Assembly (NCBI GenBank): GCA_051453625.1
Contig: JBOZIK010000001.1
Coordinates: 12,501,238 to 12,564,714, forward strand
Length of the DNA stretch: 63,477 nucleotides
Source: Welwitschia mirabilis
Taxonomy: Eukaryota
Direction: 5' to 3'
Within the stretch, counting starts at the first letter, position 1; each line of letters opens with the position of its first letter. The notes under the pieces are model-generated. The model did no database searches. It worked only from the letters and a program-made list of their open reading frames with translations, and had not been told where the DNA came from. This document shows, in pieces, positions 12,801 to 27,100 of this stretch. The position numbers and the translations under genes were made by a program.

Positions 12801-15800
12801 TATTAACATGAAAAATTTAACACTTCAATTAAGTTTAAACAACTAATTAACCTTAATAGAAGACATTAATATAATTGATTTTACCATAAAAACATGTCTC
12901 CTATTTATTTTCATATTAATTATGTAGTTAATTATTTTTATAACATTTACAAGAAACTTATGCTTAATTGAAGTACATGCCTTAATATCACAATCATCAG
13001 AGTCAAAATGTCAGTTCCACCATCTAAGACCACTAGCATTGATGGCCTTTCTGCATAGACTACCTTCAAACTCACATTTTTGAATTACCATGAAAATTTG
13101 AACAAAAGGCAGTTATAGGCTTAATCTAATTCCACATAAGAAATTAACTTGCATTCTTAATGACATGTGGTGATGATGATGAGAACTCGCATTGAGACAT
13201 TTGGTAAGGCTAAGTAGGATGACAATGAAGAAACATTGCATAGTTAACTGTTAACAATAGTTATTGCACTCTATTGCTAAGTGTGGACATCTTCATAAGC
13301 ATTTTTACCACATGAAAAAGAAGATAGGCCATCTTACCTAATGTGATGATTTATAACTATCCATCTAATTCTATAAGTCAAGGGTTTATAACCACTCCTT
13401 ACCCCCATCTCTCCCTATAAAAGGATCTTGAATGCTTCCTTGTATCATCTTTAGCTTGGAGAATTAGTGAACCTTAAAGAATTGACTTATGATGGCTTTC
13501 TAAGTGACTCTTTGGGGGAGTAAGCTAGTCTTCGAGTATTGCTAAGGAGTTCTTCCTACTCCTTTCTTCCTCTGCTATAAAGTTGTTCCTTTTTTGTAAT
13601 ACATTAAGTTATTCTCCTTTGATTTTAATTTATGAGTACAATCATAATTGAAATGCTTAGGTAACTACTTTAATCATCAAGTTTATTTTAGTTGTGTAAA
13701 TTTCTTTTAATTACTTAGTCTAAGTCTTCCAATTTCATAGATCTTAAGTAGTAGAAGTCCTTATGTTTTATTGTTATTTTAAGACCAAAGTATTACTTAA
13801 ATTCATCATTTATCGTATGGTGGATGAGATTATGCCCTATGCCTTAAACCAAAGGAACTTGATGGTTTTAAATATTTTGGAGGAAGGAAATTAGAAACAT
13901 TGGAGAGAAGAACTTCTTAGGANNNNNNNNNNNNNNNNNNNNNNNNNNNNNNNNNNNNNNNNNNNNNNNNNNNNNNNNNNNNNNNNNNNNNNNNNNNNNN
14001 NNNNNNNNNNNNNNNNNNNNNNNACTTGTAATGGCTTTCTAAGTGACTCTTTGGGGGAGTAAGCTAGTTTTTGAGTATTTCTAAGGAGTTCTTCCTACTT
14101 CTTTCTTCCTTTGCTATAAAGTTGTTCCTTTTTTGCAATACATTAAGTTGTTCTCCTTTGATTTTAATTTATGAGTACAATCATTATTGAAATGCTTAGG
14201 TAACTACTTTAATCATCAAGTTTATTTTAGTTGTGTGAATTCCTTTTAATTACTTAGTCTAAGTCTTTTAATTTCATAGATCTTAAGTACTTTACGAGTC
14301 CTTATTTTTTATTATTATTTTAAGACTAAAGTAGTAATTAAATTCATCATTTATCATATGGTGGATGAGATTATGCCCTATGACTTAAACCAAAGGCACT
14401 TGATGGTTTTAAGTATTTTGTAGGAAGGCAATTGGAAACATTGGAATAAAGAACTTCTTAGTATGAAGCGGTAATACCATGGAGCTAGTTTGCTTCCTTT
14501 CTTTCTTAAGATGAAGTTTAATTCCAATTCTAAAAATTACATCTTTTTCTTTCTTTTCTTAAAATTATAACTTGCATTAAAGTTTAATTAGTATAATTGT
14601 AAAATCTCTAAGGAAGAATGATATTCAAGTGTAAACTTCACTTTAAATATGGTCATTGTACTACATTAATCAGATTTTAGCATTGTTGCTAGGATAATGG
14701 CATGATAGCTGCCCAAAGGAGTACTAGTGTACTAGTCCTTTTTTTAGTGGTACCCAAATTAATTCATTTTCTTTTATTTTTGGTGTTTAGTTTTCTTTCA
14801 AGTGGTTAGTATTGGTTCTTCAAGTGTTATCCAACCTAGTCTCGCTTGCTTTAAAGTTTATTTTTGATTATTTTCTAACTTGTTTTATGTAGGTATAATG
14901 TTTGTTTGTAGGTTGATTTTGGAGTATTAAAAACTTAAAAACCTTAAAAACTTTTAATTAGACTTTACATTGCATTCTATGCTTTTNNNNNNNNNNNNNN
15001 NNNNNNNNNNNNNNNNNNNNNNNNNNNNNNNNNNNNNNNNNNNNNNNNNNNNNNNNNNNNNNNNNNNNNNNNNNNNNNNNNNNNNNCTTTTTCTTTCTTT
15101 TCTTAAAATTATAACTTGCATTAAAGTTTAGTTAGTGTAATTGTAAACCATTACCCATGTTATCCCTAAGAAAGAATGATAGTCAAGTGTAAACTTCGCT
15201 TTAAATATGGTCATTGTACTACATTAATCAGATTTTGGCACTTTTGCTAGAAAAATGGCATGGTAGCTACCCAAAGGAGCACTAGTTTTTCTTTTTTCAA
15301 GTCTTATACATAGTTCTTATTTTTCCAGTGATGGGTACTAATCCTTTTTTTAGTGATACCCAAATTAGTTTATTTTCTTTTATTTTTTGTGTTTAGTTTT
15401 CTTTCAAGTGGTTAGTATTGGTCCTTCCAGTGTTACCCAACCTACTCTCGCTTATTTTAAAGTTTGTTTTTGATTATTTTCTAACTTGTTTTATGCAGGT
15501 ATAATGTTTGTTTATAGGTTGATTTTGGAGTATAAAAAACTTAAAAACCTTAAAAACTTTTAATTAAACTTTACATTGCATTCTATGCTTTTCTTTTTCT
15601 ATTGTAGTTTTCTATGTTTTTCTAGTTTTATTTTTATGTTTTTACTACATGCATAAAACATTAAAAATATTTAAAAATTTTCCATGATTTCCATAATATT
15701 GGACTTGATTTTATTCATATTTATCATCTCAATTTAATTTTTCTATAACCTTATCACTACAAATGTTCTATGCATGATTGACAGACCTATCTATAAAACT

Positions 15801-18800
15801 TAACATAAAACTTTAAACTTGATCAGTACCACTACCTTTTAGCCTAGAACATTCTATGTTTTTTNNNNNNNNNNNNNNNNNNNNNNNNNNNNNNNNNNNN
15901 NNNNNNNNNNNNNNNNNNNNNNNNNNNNNNNNNNNNNNNNNNNNNNNNNNNNNNNNNNNNNNNNGACCTATCTACAAAACTTAATCTAAAACTTCAAACT
16001 TAACTAGTACCACTACTTTTTAGCCTAGAACATTTTATGTTTTTTACTATAGCCTCTATCAAAATCCAAAATCCTTTTCAACTTATAGGCTCTGTGAAAT
16101 CTAGCCCAAAACCATTTTGTAACTTGCCTAAACCTTGTTCTTGTATGCATTAGACTTGTGATAAATCTAGAAGACTAATTTATAGCAACATGGATTCATT
16201 CACTAATTATAAAAGAATGCAAGAGACTAGAAACTAAGCTTGTGATGATTCTTAGAGATATTAAACATTAAACTCCAAAACAACCAAACTAATCAACAAA
16301 CTTCCTCATCACAAAATCCACTATGAAGCCCATATGATCCACTTAATCTTCAAGATTCCTTTAATGGACCTTTGTCTAACCAAGAAATGCTTAATAAATT
16401 AATGGCCTACTATTTTGATAAAGAAGTGGACAAATAGCAAGCTGCCCTCACTGCTACTATTAATCAACCTAGGCAAACCCTCCATGATTACTCTAACCAC
16501 AAAACCTAAGAGCACCCTCTTTCATAGTGTCATCACCCATTAATTAGAGGCTAGAATTCAAACCCTTCACCATCTAACTCTGGCCTCATTTTCATGGATT
16601 AGAGTCTAAGGACCCATGCCTCCATCTCAAAGAATTCAATTGTGTGCTATCAACCATTCCTCAGTATTCTAACACTCATGATGCACTTAAGCTTATCCTA
16701 TTTTCCTTTTTCTTGAAAGAAAAGGCAACATCTTGATTATACACTATAAAACCCTTATCCATTACAACTTGGGTGGATATAAGTAAATATTTCATCTCCA
16801 AATTCTTTCTCAATCATAAGACAAATATCCTAAGAAAAGAAATGATGAATTTCCAATAGAAGGACCACAAAACGTTTTCCTAAACTGTAGAATGATTTGA
16901 AAACTTATTATTAAAATTTCCTGAACATGGTTTTGAGTCGGGTATGGGAATAACTTTTTTCTATGATCGATTATCCACTAATAACTACTAATTGGTTGAG
17001 ATGATAAGCTAAGATAATTTTCTTAGCATGCCCCTAGATGAGGTTTGGGAGTACTTAGAAAGTGTAGCTGAGAGTTCGAAGAGCTTAGAAAAACCTATGA
17101 AACCTTTAAGATATCACCATCTCATTAGGTCAATAAGTGTTTCTAAGATTCCTAAAACTTTTAAGATAAATAATAAAATAGACAAACTAAATCAAAGAAT
17201 AGAATTGTTAACTACCTCACCTTCACCTTCATTCATGGTTGTTAAATTCAAATGCTTAATTTTCCACATTGATACTCATGAAACTACCAAATGTCCCTCT
17301 ATGTCTCTATTCTAAAACACAATCAATGAGTAGGTAAACATAGTAGGGTAGCAATGGAAAAATCCTAAAAATAATCTATACTCAAACACTTACAATCCTA
17401 GTTGACAAAACCATCCTAATTTCTCTTAGAAGTAGGACAATGACCCACAACAANNNNNNNNNNNNNNNNNNNNNNNNNNNNNNNNNNNNNNNNNNNNNNN
17501 NNNNNNNNNNNNNNNNNNNNNNNNNNNNNNNNNNNNNNNNNNNNNNNNNNNNNTCCTATTTTTCTTTTTCTTGAAAGAAAAGGAAATATCTTGATTATAC
17601 ACTATAAAACCCTTCTCCATTACAACTTGGATGGATATAAGTAAAGATTTCATCCCAAATTCTTTCTCAATCATAACACAAATATCCTAAGAAAAGAAAT
17701 GATGAATTTCCAATAGAAGGACCACAAAACATTTTTCTAAACCTTAGAATGATTTGAAAACTTATTATTAAAATTCTCCCAACATGGTTTTGAGTTGGGT
17801 ACGAGAATAACTTTTTTCTATGATGGATTATCCACTAATAACTACTAATTAGTTGAGATGATAAGCTAAGAAAATTTTCTTAGCATGCCCCTAGATGAGG
17901 TTTCGGAGTACTTAGAAAGTGTAGCTAAGAGTTCGAAGAACTTAGAAAAACCTGTTAAACCTTTAAGATCTTACCATCTTATTAGGTCAACAAGTGTTTC
18001 TACGATTTCTAAAACTTTTGAGATAAATAATAAAATAGACAAACTAAATCAAAGAATAGAATTATTAGCTACCTTACCTTCACCTTCATCCATGGTTATT
18101 AAATTCAAATGCTTAATTTGCCACATTGATACCCATGAAACTACCAAATGTCCCTCTATTTCTCTATTCTAAAACACAATCAATGAGTACGTAAACGTAC
18201 GAGGGTAGCAATGAAAAAATCCTAAAAATAATCTATACTCAAACACTTACAATCCTAGTTGACAAAACCATCCTAATTTATCTTAGAAGCAAGACAATAA
18301 CCGACAACAAAATTATTAGCCTAAAATTCTATTCCCCTCATCTTCCCATCCTTATTCTTCATCATCAAACTGTCAAATGACTTCATCGAAAATCTTCAAA
18401 AATTTCGTAAAATCATAAGCTTAAATAAATCAAAAAATCAAATAGAGCATACACGAACTCCAACAAACCACCAGCCAAAACCTTTCATCAATATAAGGAA
18501 ACTTCCCATGAGTGCCTAACCAAACCCAAAATGAGCTAGATTTACTAAAGAGATAGAACACTTTAAAAAAAACGAAGTATACATCTTAGGAGTAAAAAAG
18601 AGCTAGAAAATTCAACCATACAAAATAAACCTAAAGAAAAATAAAACACCATAGAAATCAAGGAAAACGATAAGAATGAAGATCCATTGATCATATACAA
18701 ATAACCCTTGCCTTTTCCCCAATAACTAAGGAAGGATAACATAATGAAAATGCAATTGGAGGCTCTTAAAATTTTCAAGGAAGTTAAAATAAACATTCCC

Positions 18801-19600
18801 CTCCTAGAAGCCATTAAGTAAGTACCTTCTTATGCCAAATTCCGTAAAGACTTATGCACTATAAAAAGGCATATGAATGTAAAAAGCAAAGCTTTCTTAA
18901 CTTAACAAATAAGTGCAATTCTCTAGAACTAATTTCCANNNNNNNNNNNNNNNNNNNNNNNNNNNNNNNNNNNNNNNNNNNNNNNNNNNNNNNNNNNNNN
19001 NNNNNNNNNNNNNNNNNNNNNNNNNNNNNNNNNNNNNNAAGCAACTACCTTCTGATGCCAAATTCCTTAAAGACTTATGCACTATAAAAAGGCATATGAA
19101 GACCCTAGTTGTCCCACAATCGCTATTACTATAGGCAACAAATAACTCAAGCAAGCCTTATTAGACCTATAAGCTAGTGTAAACTTTCTTCCCTACAAAA
19201 CCTATAAAGAATTAGGTTTGGAAGTACTTAAGAACATGGAACTTGAACTCCAATTAATAGGTAACTCTATTAAAACTTAATTTTGGAGTTATAAAGGATG
19301 TCATCGTTAGAGTTAATAGTTGCTACTTTCTAGCAGAACTTTTCATTTTAGACATGGAGAACTCAACAAATCAATCAATGCTTATCATATTAGGAAGACC
19401 TTTCCTTACAACTTCAAGTGTCTTAATTAATTACAGGAATGGTTAAATAAAGATATTATTTGGTAACATTACCTTAGAATTAAATATTTTTAATACAATG
19501 AAATTACAAAATAATCCTGAAGAGGCTAATTGGCTAATTGAAACTTATGACTTTAAATGTTCTTCTGAGACAAATATTTTTGATTCTTTACCATCATTTG
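12801..19600 (+). mobile_element. Athila-like Ty3/gypsy element, 5' part (family A LTR, PBS, gag, protease), truncated before RT
   Basis: LTR runs from TATTAACATG (12801) to ...CATTAATCA (14672; gap-duplicated copy ends at 15230), then a decayed TTTTGGCGCCGTTGC-type PBS. Gag: HFHGLESKDP, LKLILFSFFLKEKATS*L, PEHGFE, YSNTYNP..NHPNFS (16580-18290), INIPLLEAIK*VPSYAKF. Protease: QALLDL*ASVN, IILGRPFL (19100-19500). Confidence 0.87.
15231..15250 (+). promoter_or_regulatory. Decayed Athila-type PBS (duplicate copy at 14673-14694)
   Basis: gattttggcacttttgctag and gattttagcattgttgctagga directly after the LTR end; both are transition-decayed versions of TTTTTGGCGCCGTTGCCGGGGA. Confidence 0.6.
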
Positions 19601-20268
19601 ATTATTGCTTCTTTGACTCTGAATCTAATACTAAAAAAAAAAAAAAACCTTCAAGTTTTTTGCAATAAGTCATCCTAGAAAAATGCATGTTTTGCCTAAG
19701 GATCATTTTCTCAGAAGCACCCATCCACATCATTATCACTCATCCCACCACCCTTTTGAACCTTTTCATTCACCAAACCCGTTTTTAAATCACTTCATTA
19801 AGCCTAGACATCATCCACCCAAGCTATTAATTGATGAATTTATATGGCTTACTGACCTAGGTTAATGACCTTTAAATAAAAATCAATAATCAGAGATCTT
19901 ATTATCACCTAAGCAATAGTTAAGATTGAGTTTATTTATAATTTTTTAAGGAAAGGTATGCTTACTTTAAAAGTGTTGGTTAAGAAAAAAATGCTTATTT
20001 TAAAAGTGTTGGTTAAGAATGCATTTTCTTAAGATCCCTAATTTTAATAAAACTTGGTTGTAAAGGTGGGATTTACTTTAGCATGTATTCCTTCAATATA
20101 AAACCTTTAATGGGGACAAGATTTGTCTTGACTAGGTTAATGAGCCAATAGCCCCCTAAAGTACATGAAAATAACTATGGGAAGATGAAAAAATAAAATA
20201 AAATAACTCTTCCTCAAAAGCATATAACATTAATTACTTAGTTGGCTTTAGTTAACAATATCAAAATT

Positions 20269-22048
20269 TGATTAATATAGTATAATGGCCAAATTAAAGC
20301 TAATTTTACACTTATCTATCATTCTTCCTTAGTAATAACATAGGTATTGATTCATAATTACACTAACTAAACTTTAATGCAAGTTTCAATTTTAAGAAAA
20401 GAAAGAGAAAGATGAGATTTTTAGAATTGGGTTTGAACTTCATCTTGAAAAAGGACAAGATCAAATTAGCTCTAACGTATTGTCAATTTTTCTTAAGCAA
20501 TTCTTCACTCTAATATCATCGAAATGCCTTCCTACAAAACACTTAAAACTATCAAGTGTTTTTTGTCCAAGTAATGGGGCATAATCTCATCCATCTTTAT
20601 GATAAATGATGAATTAAATTAATACTTTAGTCTTAGAATGACAATATAAATTAAGGACTTCAAAAGTGCTTAAGATCTATGAAACTAAAAGACTTAAACT
20701 AAGTAATTAAAAGGAATTTACATAACTAAAATAAACTTGATGAATAAAGTAGTTACCTAAGCATTCCACTTATAATTTTACTCATAAATTGAAATCAAAT
20801 AAAACCAATTTAATGCATTGTTAAAAAGGAACAACTTTATAGCAAAGAAATAAAAAAGCNNNNNNNNNNNNNNNNNNNNNNNNNNNNNNNNNNNNNNNNN
20901 NNNNNNNNNNNNNNNNNNNNNNNNNNNNNNNNNNNNNNNNNNNNNNNNNNNNNNNNNNNTAAAAAAGCAGGAAGAACTCCTTAACAATCTTCGAAGATTA
21001 GCTTACTTCCCCAAAGAGTTATTTAAAAAGCCATCACAAGTCGATGCTCCAAGGTTCTGCAATTCTCCAAGACAAAGATAATATAAAGCTCTTTTATAGA
21101 GAGAGATTAGGAAAAGGGATAGTTACAAGCCCTTGGCTTATAGTGTTAGGTGCACAATTACAAATCATGACGTTAGGTAAGTTGGTTTGTCTTCTTTTCC
21201 ATGTGGTAAAGACACTTATGACGACATCAACATTTGGCTCCAAANNNNNNNNNNNNNNNNNNNNNNNNNNNNNNNNNNNNNNNNNNNNNNNNNNNNNNNN
21301 NNNNNNNNNNNNNNNNNNNNNNNNNNNNNNNNNNNNNNNNNNNNCACTTCCTCAGATAGTCATTTAAAAAGCCATCACAAGTTGATGCTCCAAGGTTCTG
21401 CAATTCTCCAAGCCAAAGATAATATAAAGCTCTTTTATAGAGAGAGATGAGGAAAAGGGATAGTTTCAAGCCCTTGGCTTGTAGTGTTACGTGCATAGTT
21501 ACAAATCATAATATTAGGTAAGTTGGTTAGTCTTCTTTTCCATGTGGTAAAGGCACTTATGATAACATCAACATTTGGCTCCAAAGTGCTACAGTTGTTG
21601 CCAATCATTGACTATGTTATGTGTCTCCACCATCATTCTACTTAACCTTGCCAAATGTCGTGCCATGAGTCTTCATCACCATTATTGTGTGTCATCAAGA
21701 ATGCAAGTTATTTTCTAATGTGGAATTACCTGTAACTACATTTTATCTAATTTTCATTGACAAGCTAGAAACATGAGTTTAAATGTAGTCTATGCAGAAA
21801 GCCTAGTAGCATCAATGGTCTTGGATAGTGGCATCAATGTTTTGACTCTAATGATCATAAGGTTAAGGCATGTCCTTCAATTTAGCATAAATTCCCTAAA
21901 AATGGCATGGGAAATAGTTAACTGCATAATTAATATGAAAATCAATAGAAGACATATTTTGATTGTGAAATCATTTATAGTAATGTCTTCTATTCANNNN
22001 NNNNNNTCATTTAAAGTTGATTGAAGTGTCAAGTTTTTCATGTTAACA
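20269..22048 (-). mobile_element. Family A LTR (copy c)
   Basis: Reverse complement of 12801-14672 (termini TGTTAACATG at 22048 and ...ATTAATCA at 20269). Contains two ~100-N gaps with duplicated flanks plus one short N run. Followed on the minus strand by a decayed PBS (aattttgatattgttaac). Confidence 0.85.
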
Positions 22049-22241
22049 CACAACTAACTAGTATTTTTCTAGTACTTAGCAAAAAAATGATAGCAAAATG
22101 GTTAAACATTGAAAATTATCAAATTCAAATGTGCTCAAGCATGAAAAAGATGTTAACTTTGAAAATTTTATGACCGATTTTATGTGTTTAAGGCATTGAA
22201 GGAAAAAAAATTATAAAAATTGAGATGCCATAATTTAAATC

Positions 22242-23793
22242 TGATTAATGTAGTAAAATCACTAAATTTAAACTTAACTTTACACTTAGCTATTATTCTT
22301 CCTCAAGGATAACATGAGTATTAGTTTAGAATTACACTAACTAAACTTTAATTGAAGTTATAATTTTAAGAAAAGAAAGAGAAAGATGTGATTTTTAGAA
22401 TTAGGTTTCCACTTAGTCTTGAAAAATGAGGGAAGCAAACTAGCTCTATGGTATTACCAATTCTTCCTAACCAATCCTTCACTCTAATGTTGTCTAATTG
22501 CCTTTCTATAAAACACTTAAAACCATTAAGTGCTTTTGGTCCAAGTCATGGGGCATAATCTTATTCACTATATGATAAATGGTAAATCTAATTAATACTC
22601 TAATCTTAAAATAATAATAAAAAGTAAGGACTCTTAGAGTACTTCAGATCTATGAAATTAAAAAACTTAGATTAAGTGATTAAAAGGAATTCATACAACT
22701 AAAATAAACTTGATGATTAAAGCAGTTACCTAAGCATTCCAATTATAATTTTACTCATAAATTGAAATCAAAGAAAAACAACTTAATGTATTTAAAAAAA
22801 AAAAAGGATCAACTTTACAGTAAAGAAAGAAAGAAGTAGGAAGAACTTCTTAGAAATCCTTGAAGACTAGCTCACTCCTTCGAAGAATTACTTAGCAATC
22901 CATCACAAGTCGATGCTCTAAGGTTCTACAATTCTCAAGCCAAAGATGATATAATGAAGGGTTTAAGGTCCTTTTATAGTAATAGATGAGGGATAGGAGT
23001 GGTTATAAGTCCTTGGCTTATAGCATTATGTGAATAGTTATAAATCATGGCATTAGGCAAGATAGTTTGCCTCCTTTTCCATGTGGTGAAGATTCTTANN
23101 NNNNNNNNNNNNNNNNNNNNNNNNNNNNNNNNNNNNNNNNNNNNNNNNNNNNNNNNNNNNNNNNNNNNNNNNNNNNNNNNNNNNNNNNNNNNNNNNNNTG
23201 GTTATAAGGCCTTGGCTTATAGCATTATGTGAATAGTTATAACTCATGGCATTAGGCAAGATAGTTTGCCTCCTTTTCCATGTGGTGAAGATTCTTATGA
23301 TGACGTCAACACTTGACTTCATAGTACTACAACTATTGCCAACTGCTGACTATACCTTGTGTCTTCCCTGTCATCCTACTTAACCCTACTAAATGTTACA
23401 CTATAAGTCTTTGTCATTGTAGCCATGTATCATCAAGAATGTAAGTTAATTTTTAATGTGAAATTATACTATGCTAATAAATACATTCTATCTAATTTTC
23501 CATAAAAAGCTAGGAACATGAGGTTAAAGGCAATCTATACAGAAAGGTCGATGGCACCAATGGTCTTAGATGTGGCACTAGCATTTTGACTCTGATCATC
23601 ATGAGATTAAGGTATATCCTTTAATTTAGAATAAGTTGCTTGAAAATATCATGGGAAATAGTTAAAGTGCATAATTAACATGAAAATCAATAGTATACAT
23701 ATCTTTATGATGAAATCGATTATAGTAATGTCTTTTATTAAGGTTAATTAAACATTTAAACTTGATCAAAGTATTAATTTTTGCATGTTAATA
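22242..23793 (-). mobile_element. Family A LTR (copy b)
   Basis: Collinear with 20269-22048 throughout (e.g. agttacctaagcattcc, gccatcacaagtcgatgctc, ttttccatgtggt). Termini TATTAACATG (23793) and CATTAATCA (22242). Confidence 0.87.
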
Positions 23794-23804
23794 TACCCTC
23801 TAAT

Positions 23805-24121
23805 TGTTGGAGTGTATGGTGACTAATCCGGTCCAACCTTTTAATGCACTACGCAGATGAGTCAAAGCGGGGCGTGGGGATGGATTCCCTGAAGCTTTTG
23901 GTGGGCCATTCCAGCCATGGACCCGTGTTGCCCTAATTTTGCAATATATATCTTATGTTAAAAAATATCTTTTATTGTAACCTTCAAAGGTTGTAACCTT
24001 CAAAGATTAATATAAAAACACTAGTGCAGCCGTAGATGGATTGCAATTTGTTAAACCACATAAATCTTATGTGTCTTGTATTCTTTGATTTTCTCTTTTG
24101 CGTTTGATTTGTTTCCTAATA
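23805..24121 (+). repeat. Copia 5' LTR (317 bp)
   Basis: Begins tgttggag, ends ttcctaata, followed by the PBS; homologous to 30101-30449. Confidence 0.9.
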
Positions 24122-27100
24122 ACTGGTATCAAAGCGATCAGGTTCACAGAGGATGAGTGGGAGCGATGACATTAGAACATGGTAAAGTCAAGATCAATAA
24201 GTTGGATGGGGCATATTTTAGTTTCTAAAAGATGCAGATTAATGATTATCTGTACCAAAAGAAGTTGCACAAACTGCTATTATTGGGAAAGAAACCAAAA
24301 AATATGAAGAAGGAAGATTGGGTTCTATGAGATTGTCGGGCACTTTGGATGATCCAATTGACGTTGTTACAAGATGTTCGTTTAACATCATCAATGAGAA
24401 GATTATCCATGGTTTGATAAATACCTTATCAAATATGTACAGGAAGCCTTCAATTCCAAACAAGGTATAGCTAATGTGTTGGTTGTTTAATTTAAGGATG
24501 TCTAAAGATGCGACAGTTATAGAGCACATCAATGAATTCAAGAGATCATAAATTAGTTGAATTTGGTGAAGATTACATTTGAGGATGAAATTAGAACATT
24601 GATCTTATTATCTTCACTACATGAAATTTGGTCTACAACTATGATTATAGTAAGCAGTTTGTCAAGAGATCAGATGTTAAAGCTATCAGAAGTTCACAAC
24701 TTGATTCTTAACGAGGACATTTGTAAAAGGAAGTCAGATGAATCTTTGGGTTCTACCTTGAGTAGTGAAGGCAGAGATAGGAGTTCTCAATAAGATCAGA
24801 ATCAGGATCATAGTAGGTTAAAATCTGAGATGAGGAGTCATTCTAAGCATCACAAGGAAATAACTTGCTGGAATTGTAATAAAAAGGGCCACTTCAGAAA
24901 TTAGTGCAAAGAACCAAAGAAGAAGAAAAAGGATCAACAAGATGATTTAGCAAATGCAACCGCTGACAAAATTGCAGATGCTTTAATTTGTTGCGTGGAT
25001 AGTGGTATAGAGTCATGGATTCTCGATTCAAATGCATCATTTCACTCTACTTCTTACAAAGAGTTATTTCATAACTATGTTGCTGGTATGTTTGGAAAGG
25101 TATATATTGCAGATGATGAACCTTTAAACATTGTGAAAAAGGGTGATGTGTACATAAAAACCACCCATGAAAATAAATTAAAGTTGCAGAATGTTAGACA
25201 TATTTCAGACTGAAGAAGAACCTTATTTCCATGGGTCAGATTGATGCTGAAGAGTACAATATAGTATTTGGAAGCGGATGATGGAAGATCATTAAAGGAA
25301 ATATGGTAGTAGCTCAAGAAAATAAGATTGAAACTTTGTACATAACTACAGAAGTAAAGGATTTAGTCTTAGTGGTTAATTCTGGTTTAAAGTCAACATT
25401 GTGGCATCAAAGGTTAGGCCACATGAGTAAAAAGGGAATGAAGTTGCTCACTTCAAAGGGGAAAATACCACACTTACAGTCAGTTGATGTTGGTTTTTGT
25501 AAAGATTGTATATATGGAAAGAAGAAAAGAGTGATATTCTCAAAAGCTAGAAGAACATCAAAGACTAAAAAGTTGAAACTGGTGCATATAGATGTATGGA
25601 AACTAGTCCTATTAACTTTTCTTAGAAGCTCATGTTATTATATTANNNNNNNNNNNNNNNNNNNNNNNNNNNNNNNNNNNNNNNNNNNNNNNNNNNNNNN
25701 NNNNNNNNNNNNNNNNNNNNNNNNNNNNNNNNNNNNNNNNNNNNNCATTCATTGATGACTCCACTTGAAAGGTATGGGTTTATTTTTTTAAAAATAAATC
25801 TAATGTGCTTTTTGTATTTAAAAGATGGAAGGTAAAAGTGGAAAACCAACCAATTTGAAAGTCAAATATTTGAGGTCAGATAATGGAGGGGAGTATGATA
25901 GCTTAGAGTTTAGGGCTTTTTGTTCTAAGAACAAGATGAAAATGATTAAGATAGTTTCTAAAACACTAGAACAGAATGGTGTAGTAGAGAGGATGAATAG
26001 GATCTTGAATGAATGAGCTAGAAGCATGANNNNNNNNNNNNNNNNNNNNNNNNNNNNNNNNNNNNNNNNNNNNNNNNNNNNNNNNNNNNNNNNNNNNNNN
26101 NNNNNNNNNNNNNNNNNNNNNNNNNNNNNNNNNNNNNNNNNNNNNNNNNNNNNNNNNNNNNNNNNNNNNNNNNNNNNNNNNNNNNNNNNNNNNNNNNNNN
26201 NNNNNNNNNNNNNNNNNNNNNNNNNNNNNNNNNNNNNNNNNNNNNNNNNNNNNNNNNNNNNNNNNNNNNNNNNNNNNNNNNNNNNNNNNNNNNNNNNNNN
26301 NNNNNNNNNNNNNNNNNNNNNNNNNNNNNNNNNNNNNNNNNNNNNNNNNNNNNNNNNNNNNNNNNNNNNNNNNNNNNNNNNNNNNNNNNNNNNNNNNNNN
26401 NNNNNNNNNNNNNNNNNNNNNNNNNNNNNNNNNNNNNNNNNNNNNNNNNNNNNNNNNNNNNNNNNNNNNNNNNNNNNNNNNNNNNNNNNNNNNNNNNNNN
26501 NNNNNNNNNNNNNNNNNNNNNNNNNNNNNNNNNNNNNNNNNNNNNNNNNNNNNNNNNNNNNNNNNNNNNNNNNNNNTGAATGAGCCAACAGTATGAGGAT
26601 ATGTTCTAGATTATCAAAAACATTCTGGGTGGATGCAATTAGTACAGTAGCCTATCTCATAAATAGAGGACCTTTAGTTCCACTAGATTTTAAGATACCT
26701 GAGGAGGAATGATCAAGTAAAGAGGTAAATTTCTCATAAGATTTTTGGTTGTGTTTCATATGTGAATTTAGATTTTAATATTTGACATAAACTTAATCCT
26801 AAGGCCAAAAAGCACTATTTTATTAGTTATGTTCTAATGATTTTGGTTATCATCTTTGAGATGATTAGAATAGGGAAATTATAAGGCACAGGGATGTCAC
26901 ATTCAATAAAAATGTGGTGTACAAGGATAGGTGTGGACTAGAATCTAATAATGTAGGGAAATAAAAAGTAGAAAGTGAAAAGGTTGAATTAGAAGAAATA
27001 TTAAAGAGCGATGTTGCTAGAAGGACTTAAGAGAAACCCAAAAATAGAGAAGTTAAATTAGAATCAGTTACACCAGAACCTCAGTTGAGAAGATCTATAG

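Noticed and set aside
17028-18172. Two 95-aa ORFs that look like a tandem gene pair
   Set aside because: Both are fragments of the same Athila gag region, duplicated across a 100-N gap.
19683-19865. His/Pro-rich 60-aa ORF
   Set aside because: Short low-complexity frame at a TE-TE junction with no domain or gene structure.
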